NCBI GenBank assembly: GCA_951406725.2
Contig: CATOCA020000001.1
Coordinates: 5,828,001 to 5,892,000 of the forward strand
DNA: 64,000 nucleotides
Reading direction: 5' to 3'
Source of the DNA: Octopus vulgaris
Taxonomy: Eukaryota
Both the position numbers and the translations under genes were made by a program. Shown in pieces: positions 41,627-59,348 of the stretch; position 1 is the first letter of the stretch, and every line of letters starts with the position of its first letter. The notes beneath the pieces are model-generated. The model was not told where the DNA came from. It did no database searches and was given only the letters and a program-made list of their open reading frames with translations.

Positions 41627-42206
41627 TTAGAGATAGTATAAAATCTTTATAAGGATTTATCAAGTAGTTAGCGTGAAAAGCGTCATAAGAGAAAAATCCA
41701 CCATCTTTTTCATTTAAATGTATTTTTTTATATTATATAGAGGGCATTACTATACATAAATGCCACACGCTAGGAGGAATTCATAAAGTCAGAACTACCA
41801 AAATATATAAACACATTGTAAAAGTATTATTTATAGCTGAATGTTCTTCTTGACACTAATAAACCTAACAACAGTCATCGTGTTGTGTCTCTAGGTTAGC
41901 TACATTCCTCTGCTTACATCTTGAGCTACAAATCTGTGGATCATACCCCAGCTAGGGTGGGGGCTCTTTATATGAAAAATAAATTGATTCTCTAAAGAAA
42001 GGTAGATTTATGAAAACTAGTAAAAGAATCAATGACACAGAATTTGTACAATAAAACCTCCGGTATTGATCTTTGATCTGATCTCATCTACGTTGCTAAT
42101 ATTTCGACAGACACTATCAACAAGTGCTTACTTAATAAATTTTTGTAAATATCTTTATGACTATTTCACAATTATTTAATAAATTTCCATTATATATATA
42201 TATATG

Positions 42207-42273
<67 letters not shown>

Positions 42274-42301
42274 TATATATATATGTATATAATATATATA
42301 T

Positions 42302-42397
<96 letters not shown>

Positions 42398-42399
<2 letters not shown>

Positions 42400-43036
42400 A
42401 CCACTGATGGTCCTATGGAAAACATTCGTCCTCAGCCGCTTGGACTACTGCTCCCAACTTTGGTCACCACACAATATAAAACAAACAGCAGAACTCGAAG
42501 CAATTCAGAGAAGCTACACAAAGAAAATCGTCTCAATGCAAAATATCAGCTACTGGGAAAGACTGAAGGTATTAAACCTCTTCTCCCTAGAGCGGAGGCG
42601 GGAGAGATATGCAGTGATATACATCTGGAAAATCCTGGAGGGTCTTGTCCCAAAATTTGGCATTCAAAGTTACTCCAACCGCAGAACGGGGCGCCGCTGC
42701 GTGGTGCCAAGGATTCCAACATCACCATCAAAATACAGGCCCAGATACTGCAACAGCTTGGGTTTCAGAGGACCACAGCTCTTTAACATCCTCCCTAAAT
42801 GCCTGAGAGACTTACATGGTGTGGATGTGGGTTTCTTTAAAACTAAACTGGATCTCTTCTTGTTGGGAGTCCCAGATGAACCTACCTCACGACAGGAGAC
42901 GCGGATGCGGGCAGCAGCATCGAACTCCCTTGTTGATCAAGTGCCACGTATCAGAGGTGGATTCACAAACTAGTGTAGCTCATTCAGCGGTGGTGCCCCA
43001 GCATGGCCGCGGCTTTCGGGCAAAAACATTTTTTAT

Positions 43037-43038
<2 letters not shown>
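42398..43038 (+). mobile_element. 5'-truncated CR1/L2-group LINE 3' end inside (TA)n, copy 1
   Basis: [78 protein letters not shown], stop at 42973. Confidence 0.9.
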
Positions 43039-43080
<42 letters not shown>

Positions 43081-43637
43081 TTATATACTAACATCATCAT
43101 CATCATCATCATCATCATCACCACCATGCTGAAAATAGCAGCCATTATCTGACTCTAAAACAACCTTAAGTCAATCTTAAGTCAAAACAGGTAGACAATC
43201 TAGTTTATCTAATCCCCTCTCTATAAAGCTGTTCAATGTTCATTCTCACTCACTTTTTGACTCTTTCTCACTCTCTGTCTGACTCGCTCCCAGCAAAGAA
43301 GGACATTGTGGAAGACAATTTAAATGCTAGAAATAGCAGCAAAACAACTCCTTAGAAATATGCTATGATGATTTTAACAATATATATATATATATATTTA
43401 TTTATATATATATATGTATATATATATGTGTGTGTGTATATATATACATGTATATATGTGTGTATATATATATCTATATATTTACTTATATATATATATA
43501 TGTGTGTGTGCATATATATATATGTATGTATATGTGTATGTATATATATATATTTATATACATGCAAGTATATATGTGTGTATATATATATATATGTATA
43601 TATGTATGTATATATGAATATATATATATATATATAC

Positions 43638-43668
<31 letters not shown>

Positions 43669-43672
43669 CATG

Positions 43673-43729
<57 letters not shown>

Positions 43730-43754
43730 GTTTCATCCTTGTTATTTCGTCAAC

Positions 43755-43860
<106 letters not shown>

Positions 43861-44118
43861 TTCATCCTTGTTATTTCGTCAACCCTGAAATGATAAAGTA
43901 GTGTTGGCATTAATAGAATTCGAACCCAGAATGTAGGCTCCCAGCAAATAGCTATAAATAATACCAACAGGATATGTGGTTATCAAGACATAGCAGTAAT
44001 TGAGGCTATGTGTGTGTGTGCCCGTGCATGCGTGTGGGCGACTGTTTCGATTTTTTGTGTTTGTGTATGTGTATATATATGCGCATGTATGTATGTATAT
44101 ATATATCTATCTATCACA

Positions 44119-44205
<87 letters not shown>

Positions 44206-44629
44206 CCCGATGTACTTGTGCTCATAATATATTTATATATACAAATATATACATTCATATATAGAAAGCTGAAAAGTGACACGTGGCTGTGTGGTGAGAA
44301 GCTTGCTTACCTACCATATTGTTCTGAGTTCAATCTCACTGCGTGGCACCTTTGGCGAGTGTCTTATTCTATAGCCACGGGCTGACCGAAAGAAGCCCAT
44401 CGGATGTATATATATGTGTTTGTGCTAGCGTTTAACAACGCACTATCGCTTCACAACCAATGCTGTTGTGTTTAGGTCCCCGTAACTTTGCGGTTCGGCA
44501 AAAGCTCCCGATAGAATAACTACTAGACTTAAAAAGCAAGCAAATACATACATATATACGCACATATACATACATATATATATACATATATAAAAATATA
44601 TAAAAATATATAAAAATATATAAAATCTT

Positions 44630-46229
44630 TATTACTATTAAAGACCACAAAGAAAACTTCCTTTCCAATCCTAAATGTAGGCTTATCAACCCAGCCAAGT
44701 CAGAACTAGGGATTATTAGCAAAGAAATTTTAGATAAAATAAATACGAAAATTAAGACCGATACTAGGCTAGTGCAATGGTCCAATAGTATAGAAGTCGT
44801 AGACTGGTTTAAAGCTATTAAGAATAAGAAAAAAGCGAGGTTTACACAATTCGATATTGTTGATTTTTATGCCTCTATCTCTAAAGAACTGCTAGATAAA
44901 GCCCTAATCTTCGCTAGTGATTTCATAGAAATTAGTACCAATGATAAGGATATAATCTTCCATGCTAGAAAGACATTACTTTTCAGTGAGAATGCAAAGT
45001 GGGTAAAAAACACCGACACGGAGGGCGCTTTCGATGTGAGCATGGGTTCATATGATGGGGCAGGCATCTGTGATCTAATTGGACTCTTTCTCCTAGATAC
45101 CTTCAGTAAGACATTCCCTAACGTACATTTTGCCATCTACAAAGATGATGCCCTCGCCTTAACAGCTAATACAAATGGACCAGCACAAGATCGTTTTAGG
45201 AAGGATATTATCCAGTTAATGAAACACTTCGGACTTAGTATAACTATAGACACTAACCTGACGGTTGTCAATTTCTTAGACGTTTCCTTAGATCTTAATA
45301 ATAATATTTATAAGCCTTATAGGAAACCCAATGATAGACTAAGTTATATTAATGTAGGTTCATGCCATCCCCCTATAGTATTCAAAAATTTAGTTAAAAA
45401 TATTAGTAAGAGGATTTCTAGCCTCTCATCTAATGAGGACATCTTCAATAGCGTTGCCCCAGTTTATAATAAAGCTTTAAAAGATAGTGGTTTTAGCGAA
45501 AAAATAAAATATACACCTATCACCAGCCCAACAATAAGGAAAAGGAATAATAGAAATAGGAAGGTCATCTGGTTTACGCCCCCTTACTCACCCGAGGTGG
45601 CCTTCAATATAGGTAAATATTTCCTAGCACTGATAGATAGACATTTTCCAGTTAACCATGCTTATAGGAAACTCTTCAATAGACACAATTTAAAAATTAG
45701 TTTTAGTTCAACTACCAATTTTAAAAACATAATCAATCATAACATACAAAAAACACAAGAAGAAAACAGCTGTTCATGCAGGAATAAAGAATTGTGCCCG
45801 CTAAATGGAGCTTGCATGTCCAAGACCATCATATATGAAGCAACCGTAAACTCTATAACCACTAAAGACACCGTTTCGACGAAGAAATACGTGGGCCTGA
45901 CAGAGGGTAATTTCAAGGCCAGGTTCAATAACCACACTTTGAGCTTTAGGCACTGGAACAAAAGAAAAGCGACACAATTATCCAATCATATTTGGTCTTT
46001 AAGAGATAAAGGTGTCGATTATAACATACAATGGAAGATTTTGGCCAGATGTAAGCCCTATACTAACGGCAGCGGAAGGTGCGGTTTATGCGACATGGAG
46101 AGATGGCTTATCTGGAAAAGCAGCTTAGACCCTACCACATGTCTAAATACAAGGACAGAGCTTTTCGGATCATGCCCACATGTGACTAAATTTCTGTTAC
46201 GTTTTTGGTCCCCTAAAGAAAACGGATAG
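44630..46229 (+). CDS. Penelope-like retroelement polyprotein (RT + C-terminal GIY-YIG endonuclease), 5'-truncated but uninterrupted, copy 1
   Basis: The frame is open upstream of the annotated GTG (FITIKDHKENFLSNPKCRLINPAKSELG). RT motifs QFDIVDFYASI, SMGSYDGA, YKDD, VNFLDVSLDL, YRKP, CHPP. Linker CSC..CPL.G.C. Endonuclease IIYEA..YVGLT..FKARF, CGLC..E, CPH. Confidence 0.93.
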
Positions 46230-46423
46230 AACATGCTTTCTGTGTTATGTCCCAAGAAGATTTTATATATTTTTATATATTTTTATATATTTTTATGTAT
46301 TTTTATATAATTTTTATGACGAAAAATGCGAGCGATGTATAAGTACGCAGGCAAAGCAGAGTTATAACAGAGTAATTTCCCTTCATTTTTAACGGTATTT
46401 TTTCATAACGTTTTCAAATAGCC

Positions 46424-46486
46424 AGATAACCGAAGAGATGGTGTTGTGGATTTCCACTTCGGCATCTGAAACTCAGAGTTTTATCT
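46424..46486 (+). ncRNA. Type I hammerhead-ribozyme-like motif in the Penelope 3' region, copy 1
   Basis: agataa CCGAAGA gatg[..gtgga tt tccac..]catc t GAAA ctc a gag T T ttatct. Stem I is 6 bp and stems II and III pair. The core has C at position U4. Confidence 0.6.
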
Positions 46487-46508
46487 TGACTACCGAGTAA
46501 TGTAACAT

Positions 46509-46548
<40 letters not shown>

Positions 46549-47104
46549 CGCAGGAGTGGCTGTGTGGTAAGTAGCTTGCTTACCAACCACATAGTTCCGG
46601 GTTCAGTCCCACTGCGTAGCATCTTGGGCAAGTATCTTTACTATAGCCTCGGGCCGAACAAAGCCTTGTGAGTGGATTTGGTTGACGGAAACTGAAATAT
46701 ATATATATATGTTTGTGTATCTGTGTTCGTCCCTCTAGCATTGCTTCACAACCGATGCTGGTGTGTTCACGTCCCCGTCACTTAGCGGTTTAGCAAAAGA
46801 GACCGATAGAATAAGTACTGGGCTTACAAAGAATAAGTTCCGGGGTCGATTTGCTCGACTAAAGACGGTGCTCCAGCATGGCCTCAGTCAAATGACTGAA
46901 ACAAGTAAAACAGTAAAAGAGTATATATATATGCATATATAGGCGCAGGAGTGGCTGTGTGGTAAGTAGCTTGCTAACCAACCACATGGTTCCGGGTTCA
47001 GTCCCACTGCGTGGCATCTTGGGCAAGTGTCTTCTGCTATAGCCCCGGGCCGACAAAGGCCTTGTGAGTGGATTTGGTAGACGGAAACTGAAAGAAGCCT
47101 GTCG

Positions 47105-47139
<35 letters not shown>

Positions 47140-47673
47140 CTGTGTTTGTTCCCCTAGCATTGCTTGACAACCGATGCTGGTGTGATTCCGTCCCCGTCAC
47201 TTAGCGGTTCGGCAAAAAGAGACCGATAGAATAAGTACCGGGCTTACAAAAAGAATAAGTCCCGGGGTCGAGTTGCACGACTAAAGGCGGTGCTCCAGCA
47301 TGGCCACAGTCAACTGACTGAAACAAGTAAAAGAGTAAAAGAGTATATTTGTGTGCAAGTGTTTAGGTGTGTGCAACCATTTATGAATGTATGTATGCAT
47401 ATATGTAGGGATATATTTATTTACAAATATATATTCATGTATGTGTGTGTGCCTGTGTATTACTGTGGCTTACGATTGTATTTCGTTCTGTAGCCATTAC
47501 TTAATAAATAAATCTTTATTTCTTTAGTTTGAAAGAAAAGGAAGGGACACAAAACTTTTATAATGTTGTATGATTTTCACAACTTATCACATTTATATAT
47601 TGTCATTTAAGCCCAATTGCCTTAAATTCGGGACATACTCTCTCTTTCTCTCTATCTCTCCCTCTCTCTCTCT

Positions 47674-47726
<53 letters not shown>

Positions 47727-47763
47727 ATATATATATATTTATATATATATGTACGTATGTATG

Positions 47764-47802
<39 letters not shown>

Positions 47803-47819
47803 AATATATATATATGTAC

Positions 47820-47880
<61 letters not shown>

Positions 47881-48542
47881 TATATACATATATATGTACA
47901 TAAATATATATATATTTACATACGTATATACGTAGATACATTCACACACACACACACACATACATAAATATATATACTTGGATGTTCATCAGTGTTTTGT
48001 TTCTTTCTATTTACATATATAAATATGTTATATATCACTCCCAAGAAGTCCTATTTTTTAGTTTTCATCTTTCCTGTCTCTCTCCTTCTCTTCCGCCCTC
48101 TCTCACTTTCTTCATTTATACAAATCATATACATACATAGTAACATACATAATTGCATGTATACACAATAAGAAACATATATACATGCATCTTACATACA
48201 CACACAGAAACATATATACATAGGTCATACATACATACGTAATACATACATACATACACGCATACATACATACACAAGGCCCGAAAATTTTCGGGGAGGG
48301 GACCAGTCGATAAGATCACCTACAATCAAACTACAAAGAAAGAATGTTCCCTAGAGAACATTCTTTCTTTGTAGTTTGATAGTAGGTGATCTATTTCTAG
48401 CATATAGCTGTCCACATAGTGGTTTTTAGCCCTTAATATACACATGTATTAGAATTTTCTCTGATTTCTCTGCCTTTTTTATGCTAGGCTACTGGTTTTA
48501 AATTGATATTAATTAAATTAATATTCAATTCATCTCCCTCGT

Positions 48543-48721
<179 letters not shown>

Positions 48722-49188
48722 CATATATGTGTGTGTATGCATACATACATACATACATACATACATACATACATACATACATACACATATGTATATATAT
48801 ATATGTGTGTGTGTGTATATATGTATGTATGTATGTATGCATACACACACACATATACATGCATATATATATTCATATATATACACATGTGTATATTAAG
48901 GGCTAAAAGCCAATATGTGGACAGCCATATGCTAGAAATAGATCACCTACGATCAAACTACAAAGAAAGAATGTTCTCTAGGGAATACATGTGTATATTA
49001 ATGTGCATACATAAATACATATATATATAAATATGCATACATACATACATACATGCATACATGCATACATTCATTCATACATACATACATACATTCTACA
49101 TACATACATACATGTAGGGTGAATGTATGTTTGATTAAAGGTATATGTGTGTATATTGTAGCGTGAGTGTTAGCGAGTAGAGAGAGAC

Positions 49189-49266
<78 letters not shown>

Positions 49267-49395
49267 ATTAGGGCTTAGTAAAATAAATTACTTTGCCACA
49301 TACTGAACTTGCTAGAAATAGCAGCCCCAAAAAAGTTTTTTTGCCATTTCCACTACTTAAAGAAAATTTCTCTCAGATAATTTTACCCTCAATTG

Positions 49396-49441
<46 letters not shown>

Positions 49442-49451
49442 ACATATATAC

Positions 49452-49513
<62 letters not shown>

Positions 49514-49564
49514 ATATATATATATATATATGACATATATATATATATACTTATATATCTAAAC

Positions 49565-49635
<71 letters not shown>

Positions 49636-50202
49636 TGTGTGGTAAGTAGCTTGCTAACAAACTACATGGTTCCGGGTTCAGTCACACTGCGTGGCATCTT
49701 GGGCAAGTGTCTTCTGCTATAGCCTCGGGCCGACCAATGCCTTGTGAGTGGATTTCGTAGACGGAAACTGAAAGAAGCCTGTCGTATATATGTATATATG
49801 TATAAGTGTGTGTGTATATTTTTGTGTGTCTGTGTTTGTCCCCCTAGCATTGCTTTACAACCGATTCTGGTGTGTTTACGTCCCCGTCACTTAGCGGTTT
49901 GGAAAAACAGACCGATAGAATAAGTATTGGGCTTACAAAGATTAAGTCCCGGGGTCGATTTGCTCGACTAAAGGCGTTGCTCCAGCATGGCCGCACTCAA
50001 ATGACTGAAACAAGTAAAAGAGTAAAAGAGTAAAGAGTATATATATATACATATATATATATGTACACATATATCTATACATCTAGCTATTTATCTATCT
50101 ATCTATATATATATAATATATACTTTATAAAGCATATTACTCTACCACTGGTATTTGAGTACTCTTTTTTTCCACCTTGTTTCACATTTATGTGTTTACT
50201 CC

Positions 50203-50244
<42 letters not shown>

Positions 50245-50830
50245 TTAGAGATAGTATAAAATCTTTATAATGATTTATCAAGTAGTTAGCGTGAAAAGCG
50301 TCTTAAGAGAAAAATCCACCATCTTTTTCATTTAAATGTATTTTTTTATATTATATAGAGGGCATTACTATACATAAATGCCACACGCTAGGAGGAATTC
50401 ATAAAGTCAGAACTACCAAAATATATAAACACATTGTAAAAGTATTATTTATAGCTGAATGTTCTTCTTGACACTAATAAACCTAACAACAGTCATCGTG
50501 TTGTGTCTCTAGGTTAGCTATATTCCTCTGCTTACATCTTGAGCTACAAATCTGTGGATCATACCCCAGCTAGGGTGGGGGGCTCTTTATATGAAAAATA
50601 AATTGATTCTCTAAAGAAAGGTAGATTTATGAAAACTAGTAAAAGAATCAATGACACAGAATTTGTACAATAAAACCTCCGGTATTGATCTTTGATCTGA
50701 TCTCATCTACGTTGCTAATATTTCGACAGACACTATCAACAAGTGCTTACTTAATAAATTTTTGTAAATATCTTTATGACTATTTCACAATTATTTAATA
50801 AATTTCCATTATATTATATATATATATATG

Positions 50831-51722
<892 letters not shown>

Positions 51723-51733
51723 TTATATACTAA

Positions 51734-51765
<32 letters not shown>

Positions 51766-52216
51766 CCACCATGCTGAAAATAGCAGCCATTATCTGACTC
51801 TAAAACAACCTTAAGTCAATCTTAAGTCAAAACAGGTAGACAATCTAGTTTATCTAATCCCCCTCTCTATAAAGCTGTTCAATGTTCATTCTCACTCACT
51901 TTTTGACTCTTTCTCACTCTCTGTCTGACTCGCTCCCAGCAAAGAAGGACATTGTGGAAGACAATTTAAATGCTAGAAATAGCAGCAAAACAACTCCTTA
52001 GAAATATGCTATGATGATTTTAACAATATATATATATATATATTTATTTATATATATATATGTATATATATATGTGTGTGTGTATATATATACATGTATA
52101 TATGTGTGTATATATATATCTATATATTTACTTATATATATATATATGTGTGTGTGCATATATATATATGTATGTATATGTGTATGTATATATATATATT
52201 TATATACATGCAAGTA

Positions 52217-52264
<48 letters not shown>

Positions 52265-52268
52265 TATA

Positions 52269-52309
<41 letters not shown>

Positions 52310-52322
52310 GCAAATATATATG

Positions 52323-52437
<115 letters not shown>

Positions 52438-52695
52438 TTCATCCTTGTTATTTCGTCAACCCTGAAATGATAAAGTAGTGTTGGCATTAATAGAATTCGA
52501 ACCCAGAATGTAGGCTCCCAGCAAATAGCTATAAATAATACCAACAGGATATGTGGTTATCAAGACATAGCAGTAATTGAGGCTATGTGTGTGTGTGCCC
52601 GTGCATGCGTGTGGGCGACTGTTTCGATTTTTTGTGTTTGTGTATGTGTATATATATGCGCATGTATGTATGTATATATATATCTATCTATCACA

Positions 52696-52779
<84 letters not shown>

Positions 52780-53258
52780 CCCGATGTACTTGTGCTCATA
52801 ATATATTTATATATACAAATATATACATTCATATATAGAAAGCTGAAAAGTGACACGTGGCTGTGTGGTGAGAAGCTTGCTTGCCTACCATATTGTTCTG
52901 AGTTCAATCTCACTGCGTGGCACCTTTGGCGAGTGTCTTATTCTATAGCCACGGGCTGACCGAAAGAAGCCCATCGGATGTATATATATGTGTTTGTGCT
53001 AGCGTTTAACAACGCACTATCGCTTCACAACCAATGCTGTTGTGTTTAGGTCCCCGTAACTTTGCGGTTCGGCCAAAGCTCCCGATAGAATAACTACTAG
53101 ACTTAAAAAGCAAGCAAATACATACATATATAACCAACCACATGGTTCCGGGTTCAGTCCCACTGCGTGGCATCTTGGGCAAGAGTTTTCTGCTATAGCC
53201 CCGGGCCGTCCAATGCCTTGTGAGTGGATTTGGTAGACAGAAACTGAAAGAAGCCTGT

Positions 53259-53299
<41 letters not shown>

Positions 53300-53825
53300 C
53301 TGTGTTTGTTCCCCTAGTATTACTTGACAACCGATGCTGGTGTGATTCCGTCCCCGTTACTTAGCGGTTCGGCAAAAAGAGACCGATAGAATAAGTACCG
53401 GGCTTACAAAAAGAATAAGTCCCGGGGTCGATTTGCTCGATTAAAGGCGGTGCTCCAGCATGGCCACAGTCAACTGACTGAAACAAGTAAAAGAGTATAT
53501 TTGTGTGCAAGTGTTTAGGTGTGTGCAACCATTTATGAATGTATGTATGCATATATGTAGGGATATATTTATTTACAAATATATATTCATGTATGTGTGT
53601 GTGCCTGTGTATTACTGTGGCTTACGATTGTATTTCGTTCTGTAGCCATTACTTAATAAATAAAACTTTACTTCTTTAGTCTGAAAGAAAAGGAAGGGAC
53701 ACAAAACTTTTATAATGTTGTATGATTTTCACAACTTACCACATTTATATATTGTCATTTAAGCCCAATTGCCTTAAATTCGGGACATACTCTCTCTTTC
53801 TCTCTATCTCTCTCCCTCTCTCTCT

Positions 53826-53876
<51 letters not shown>

Positions 53877-53913
53877 ATATATATATATTTATATATATAT
53901 GTACGTATGTATG

Positions 53914-53949
<36 letters not shown>

Positions 53950-53981
53950 AATATATATATGTACGTATATATATATATATA

Positions 53982-54017
<36 letters not shown>

Positions 54018-54079
54018 TATATACATATATATGTACATAAATATATATATATTTACATACGTATATACGTAGATACATT

Positions 54080-54111
<32 letters not shown>

Positions 54112-54671
54112 CTTGGATGTTCATCAGTGTTTTGTTTCTTTCTATTTACATATATAAATATTTTATATATCACTCCCAAGAAGTCCTATTTTTTTAGTTT
54201 TCATCTTTCCTGTCTCTCTCCTTCTCTTCCGCTCTCTCTCACTTTCTTCATTTATACAAATCATATACATACATAGAAATATACATAATTGCATGTATAC
54301 ACAATAAGAAACATATATACATGCATCTTACATACACACACAGAAACATATATACATAGATCATACATACATACATACACTCACGCATACATACATACAC
54401 AAGGCCCGAAAATTTTCGGGGAGGGGACCAGTCGATAAGATCACCTACAATCAAACTACAAAGAAAGAATGTTCCCTAGAGAATATTCTTTCTTTGTAGT
54501 TTGATAGTAGGTGATCTATTTCTAGCATATAGCTGTCCACATAGTGGTTTTTAGCCCTTAATATACACATATATTAGAATTTTCTCTGATTTTTCAGACT
54601 TTTTTATGCTAGGCAACTGGTTTTAAATTGATATTAATTAAATTAATATTCAATTCATCTCCCTCATTATT

Positions 54672-54737
<66 letters not shown>

Positions 54738-54801
54738 AATGTATATATATATATAAATATATATATAATTATATATATATATATTTATATAAATATATAT
54801 A

Positions 54802-54853
<52 letters not shown>

Positions 54854-54881
54854 CATATATGTGTGTGTATGCATACATACA

Positions 54882-54917
<36 letters not shown>

Positions 54918-55315
54918 TATATGTGTGTGTATATGTATATATGTATGTATGTATGCATACACACACACACATATACATGCATATATATATTCATATATAT
55001 ACACATGTGTATATTAAGGGCTAAAAGCCACTATGTGGACAGCCATATGCTAGAAATAGATCACCTACGATCAAACTACAAAGAAAGAATGTTCTCTAGG
55101 GAATACATGTGTATTTTAATGTGCATACATACATACATATATATATAAATATGCATACATACATACATACATGCATACATGCATACATTCATTCATAGAT
55201 ACATACATACATTCATACATACATACATACATACATACATGTAGGGTGAATGTATGTTTGATTAAAGGTATATGTGTGTATATTGTAGCGTGAGTGTTAG
55301 CGAGTAGAGAGAGAC

Positions 55316-55369
<54 letters not shown>

Positions 55370-55533
55370 ATTAGGGCTTAGTAAAATAAATTACTTTGCC
55401 ACATACTGAACTTGCTAGAAATAGCAGCCCAAAAAAAGTTTTTTTGCCATTTCCACTACTTAAAGAAAATTTCTCTCAGATAATTTTACCCTCAATTGTT
55501 TATATATATATATATATGTGTGTACATATATAC

Positions 55534-55575
<42 letters not shown>

Positions 55576-55627
55576 ATATATATATATATATGCACATATA
55601 TATATATATATACTTATATATCTATAC

Positions 55628-55722
<95 letters not shown>

Positions 55723-56301
55723 TGTGTGGTAAGTAGCTTGCTAACAAACTACATGGTTCCGGGTTCAGTCCCACTGCGTGGCATCTTGGGCAAGTGTCTT
55801 CTGCTATAGCCTCGGGCCGACCAATGCCTTGTGAGTGGATTTCGTAGACGGAAACTGAAAGAAGCCTGTCGTATATATGTATATATGTATAAGTGTGTGT
55901 GTATATGTTTGTGTGTCTGTGTTTGTCCCCCCTAGCATTGCTTTACAACCGATTCTGGTGTGTTTACGTCCCCGTCACTTAGCGGTTTGGAAAAACAGAC
56001 TGATAGAATAAGTATTGGGCTTACAAAGATTAAGTCCCGGGGTCGATTTGCTCGACTAAAGGCGTTGCTCCAGCATGGCCGCACTCAAATGACTGAAACA
56101 AGTAAAAGAGTAAAAGAGTAAAGAGTATATATATATACATATATATATATATATGTACACATATATCTATACATCTAGCTATCTATCTATCTATCTATCT
56201 ATATATATATAATGTATACTTTATAAAGCACATTACTCTACCACTGGTATTTGAGTACTCTTTTTTTTCCACCTTGTTTCACATTTATGTGTTTACTCCG
56301 G

Positions 56302-56380
<79 letters not shown>

Positions 56381-56954
56381 AGAGATAGTATAAAATCTTT
56401 ATAAGGATTTATCAAGTAGTTAGCGTGAAAAGCATCATAAGAGAAAAATCCACCATTTTTTTCATTTAAATGTATTTTTTTATATTATATAGAGGACATT
56501 ACTATACATAAATGCCACACGCTAGGAGGAATTCATAAAGTCAGAACTACCAAAATATATAAACACATTGTAAAAGTATTATTTATAGCTGAATGTTCTT
56601 CTTGACACTAATAAACCTAACAACAGTCATCGTGTTGTGTCTCTAGGTTAGCTACATTCCTCTGCTTACATCTTGAGCTACAAATCTGTGGATCATACCC
56701 CAGCTAGGGTGGGGGACTCTTTATATGAAAAATAAATTGATTCTCTAAAGAAAGGTAGATTTATGAAAACTAGTAAAAGAATCAATGACACAGAATTTGT
56801 ACAATAAAACCTCCGGTATTGATCTTTGATCTGATCTCATCTACGTTGACAGACACTATCAACAAGTGCTTACTTAATAAATTTTTGTAAATATCTTTAT
56901 GACTATTTCACAATTATTTAATAAATTTCCATTATATATATATATGTATGTATG

Positions 56955-56990
<36 letters not shown>

Positions 56991-56995
56991 ATATA

Positions 56996-57034
<39 letters not shown>

Positions 57035-57040
57035 TATATG

Positions 57041-57824
<784 letters not shown>

Positions 57825-57835
57825 TTATATACTAA

Positions 57836-57867
<32 letters not shown>

Positions 57868-58385
57868 CCACCATGCTGAAAATAGCAGCCATTATCTGAC
57901 TCTAAAACAACCTTAAGTCAATCTTAAGTCAAAACAGGTAGACAATCTAGTTTATCTAATCCCCCTCTCTATAAAGCTGTTCAATGTTCATTCTCACTCA
58001 CTTTTTGACTCTTTCTCACTCTCTGTCTGACTCGCTCCCAGCAAAGAAGGACATTGTGGAAGACAATTTAAATGCTAGAAATAGCAGCAAAACAACTCCT
58101 TAGAAATATGCTATGATGATTTTAACAATATATATATATATATATTTATTTATATATATATATGTATATATATATGTGTGTGTGTATATATATACATGTA
58201 TATATGTGTGTATATATATATCTATATATTTACTTATATATATATATATGTGTGTGTGCATATATATATATGTATGTATATGTGTATGTATATATATATA
58301 TTTATATACATGCAAGTATATATGTGTGTATATATATATATATGTATATATGTATGTATATATGAATATATATATATATATATAC

Positions 58386-58416
<31 letters not shown>

Positions 58417-58430
58417 CATGCAAATATATA

Positions 58431-58560
<130 letters not shown>

Positions 58561-58818
58561 TTCATCCTTGTTATTTCGTCAACCCTGAAATGATAAAGTA
58601 GTGTTGGCATTAATAGAATTCGAACCCAGAATGTAGGCTCCCAGCAAATAGCTATAAATAATACCAACAGGATATGTGGTTATCAAGACATAGCAGTAAT
58701 TGAGGCTATGTGTGTGTGTGCCCGTGCATGCGTGTGGGCGACTGTTTCGCTTTTTTGTGTTTGTGTATGTGTATATATATGCGCATGTATGTATGTATAT
58801 ATATATCTATCTATCACA

Positions 58819-58924
<106 letters not shown>

Positions 58925-59348
58925 CCCGATGTACTTGTGCTCATAATATATTTATATATACAAATATATACATTCATATATAGAAAGCTGAAAAGTGACA
59001 CGTGGCTGTGTGGTGAGAAGCTTGCTTACCTACCATATTGTTCTGAGTTCAATCTCACTGCGTGGCACCTTTGGCGAGTGTCTTATTCTATAGCCACGGG
59101 CTGACCGAAAGAAGCCCATCGGATGTATATATATGTGTTTGTGCTAGCGTTTAACAACGCACTATCGCTTCACAACCAATGCTGTTGTGTTTAGGTCCCC
59201 ATAACTTTGCGGTTCGGCAAAAGCTCCCGATAGAATAACTACTAGACTTAAAAAGCAAGCAAATACATACATATATACGCACATATACATACATATATAT
59301 ATACATATATAAAAATATATAAAAATATATAAAAATATATAAAATCTT

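Noticed and set aside
44772-46229. Selenocysteine recoding as reported for some Naiad elements, or identity as telomerase
   Set aside because: There is no in-frame TGA (Cys codons are TGT/TGC) and no SECIS could be supported. The GIY-YIG domain and lack of TERT-specific motifs indicate a PLE.
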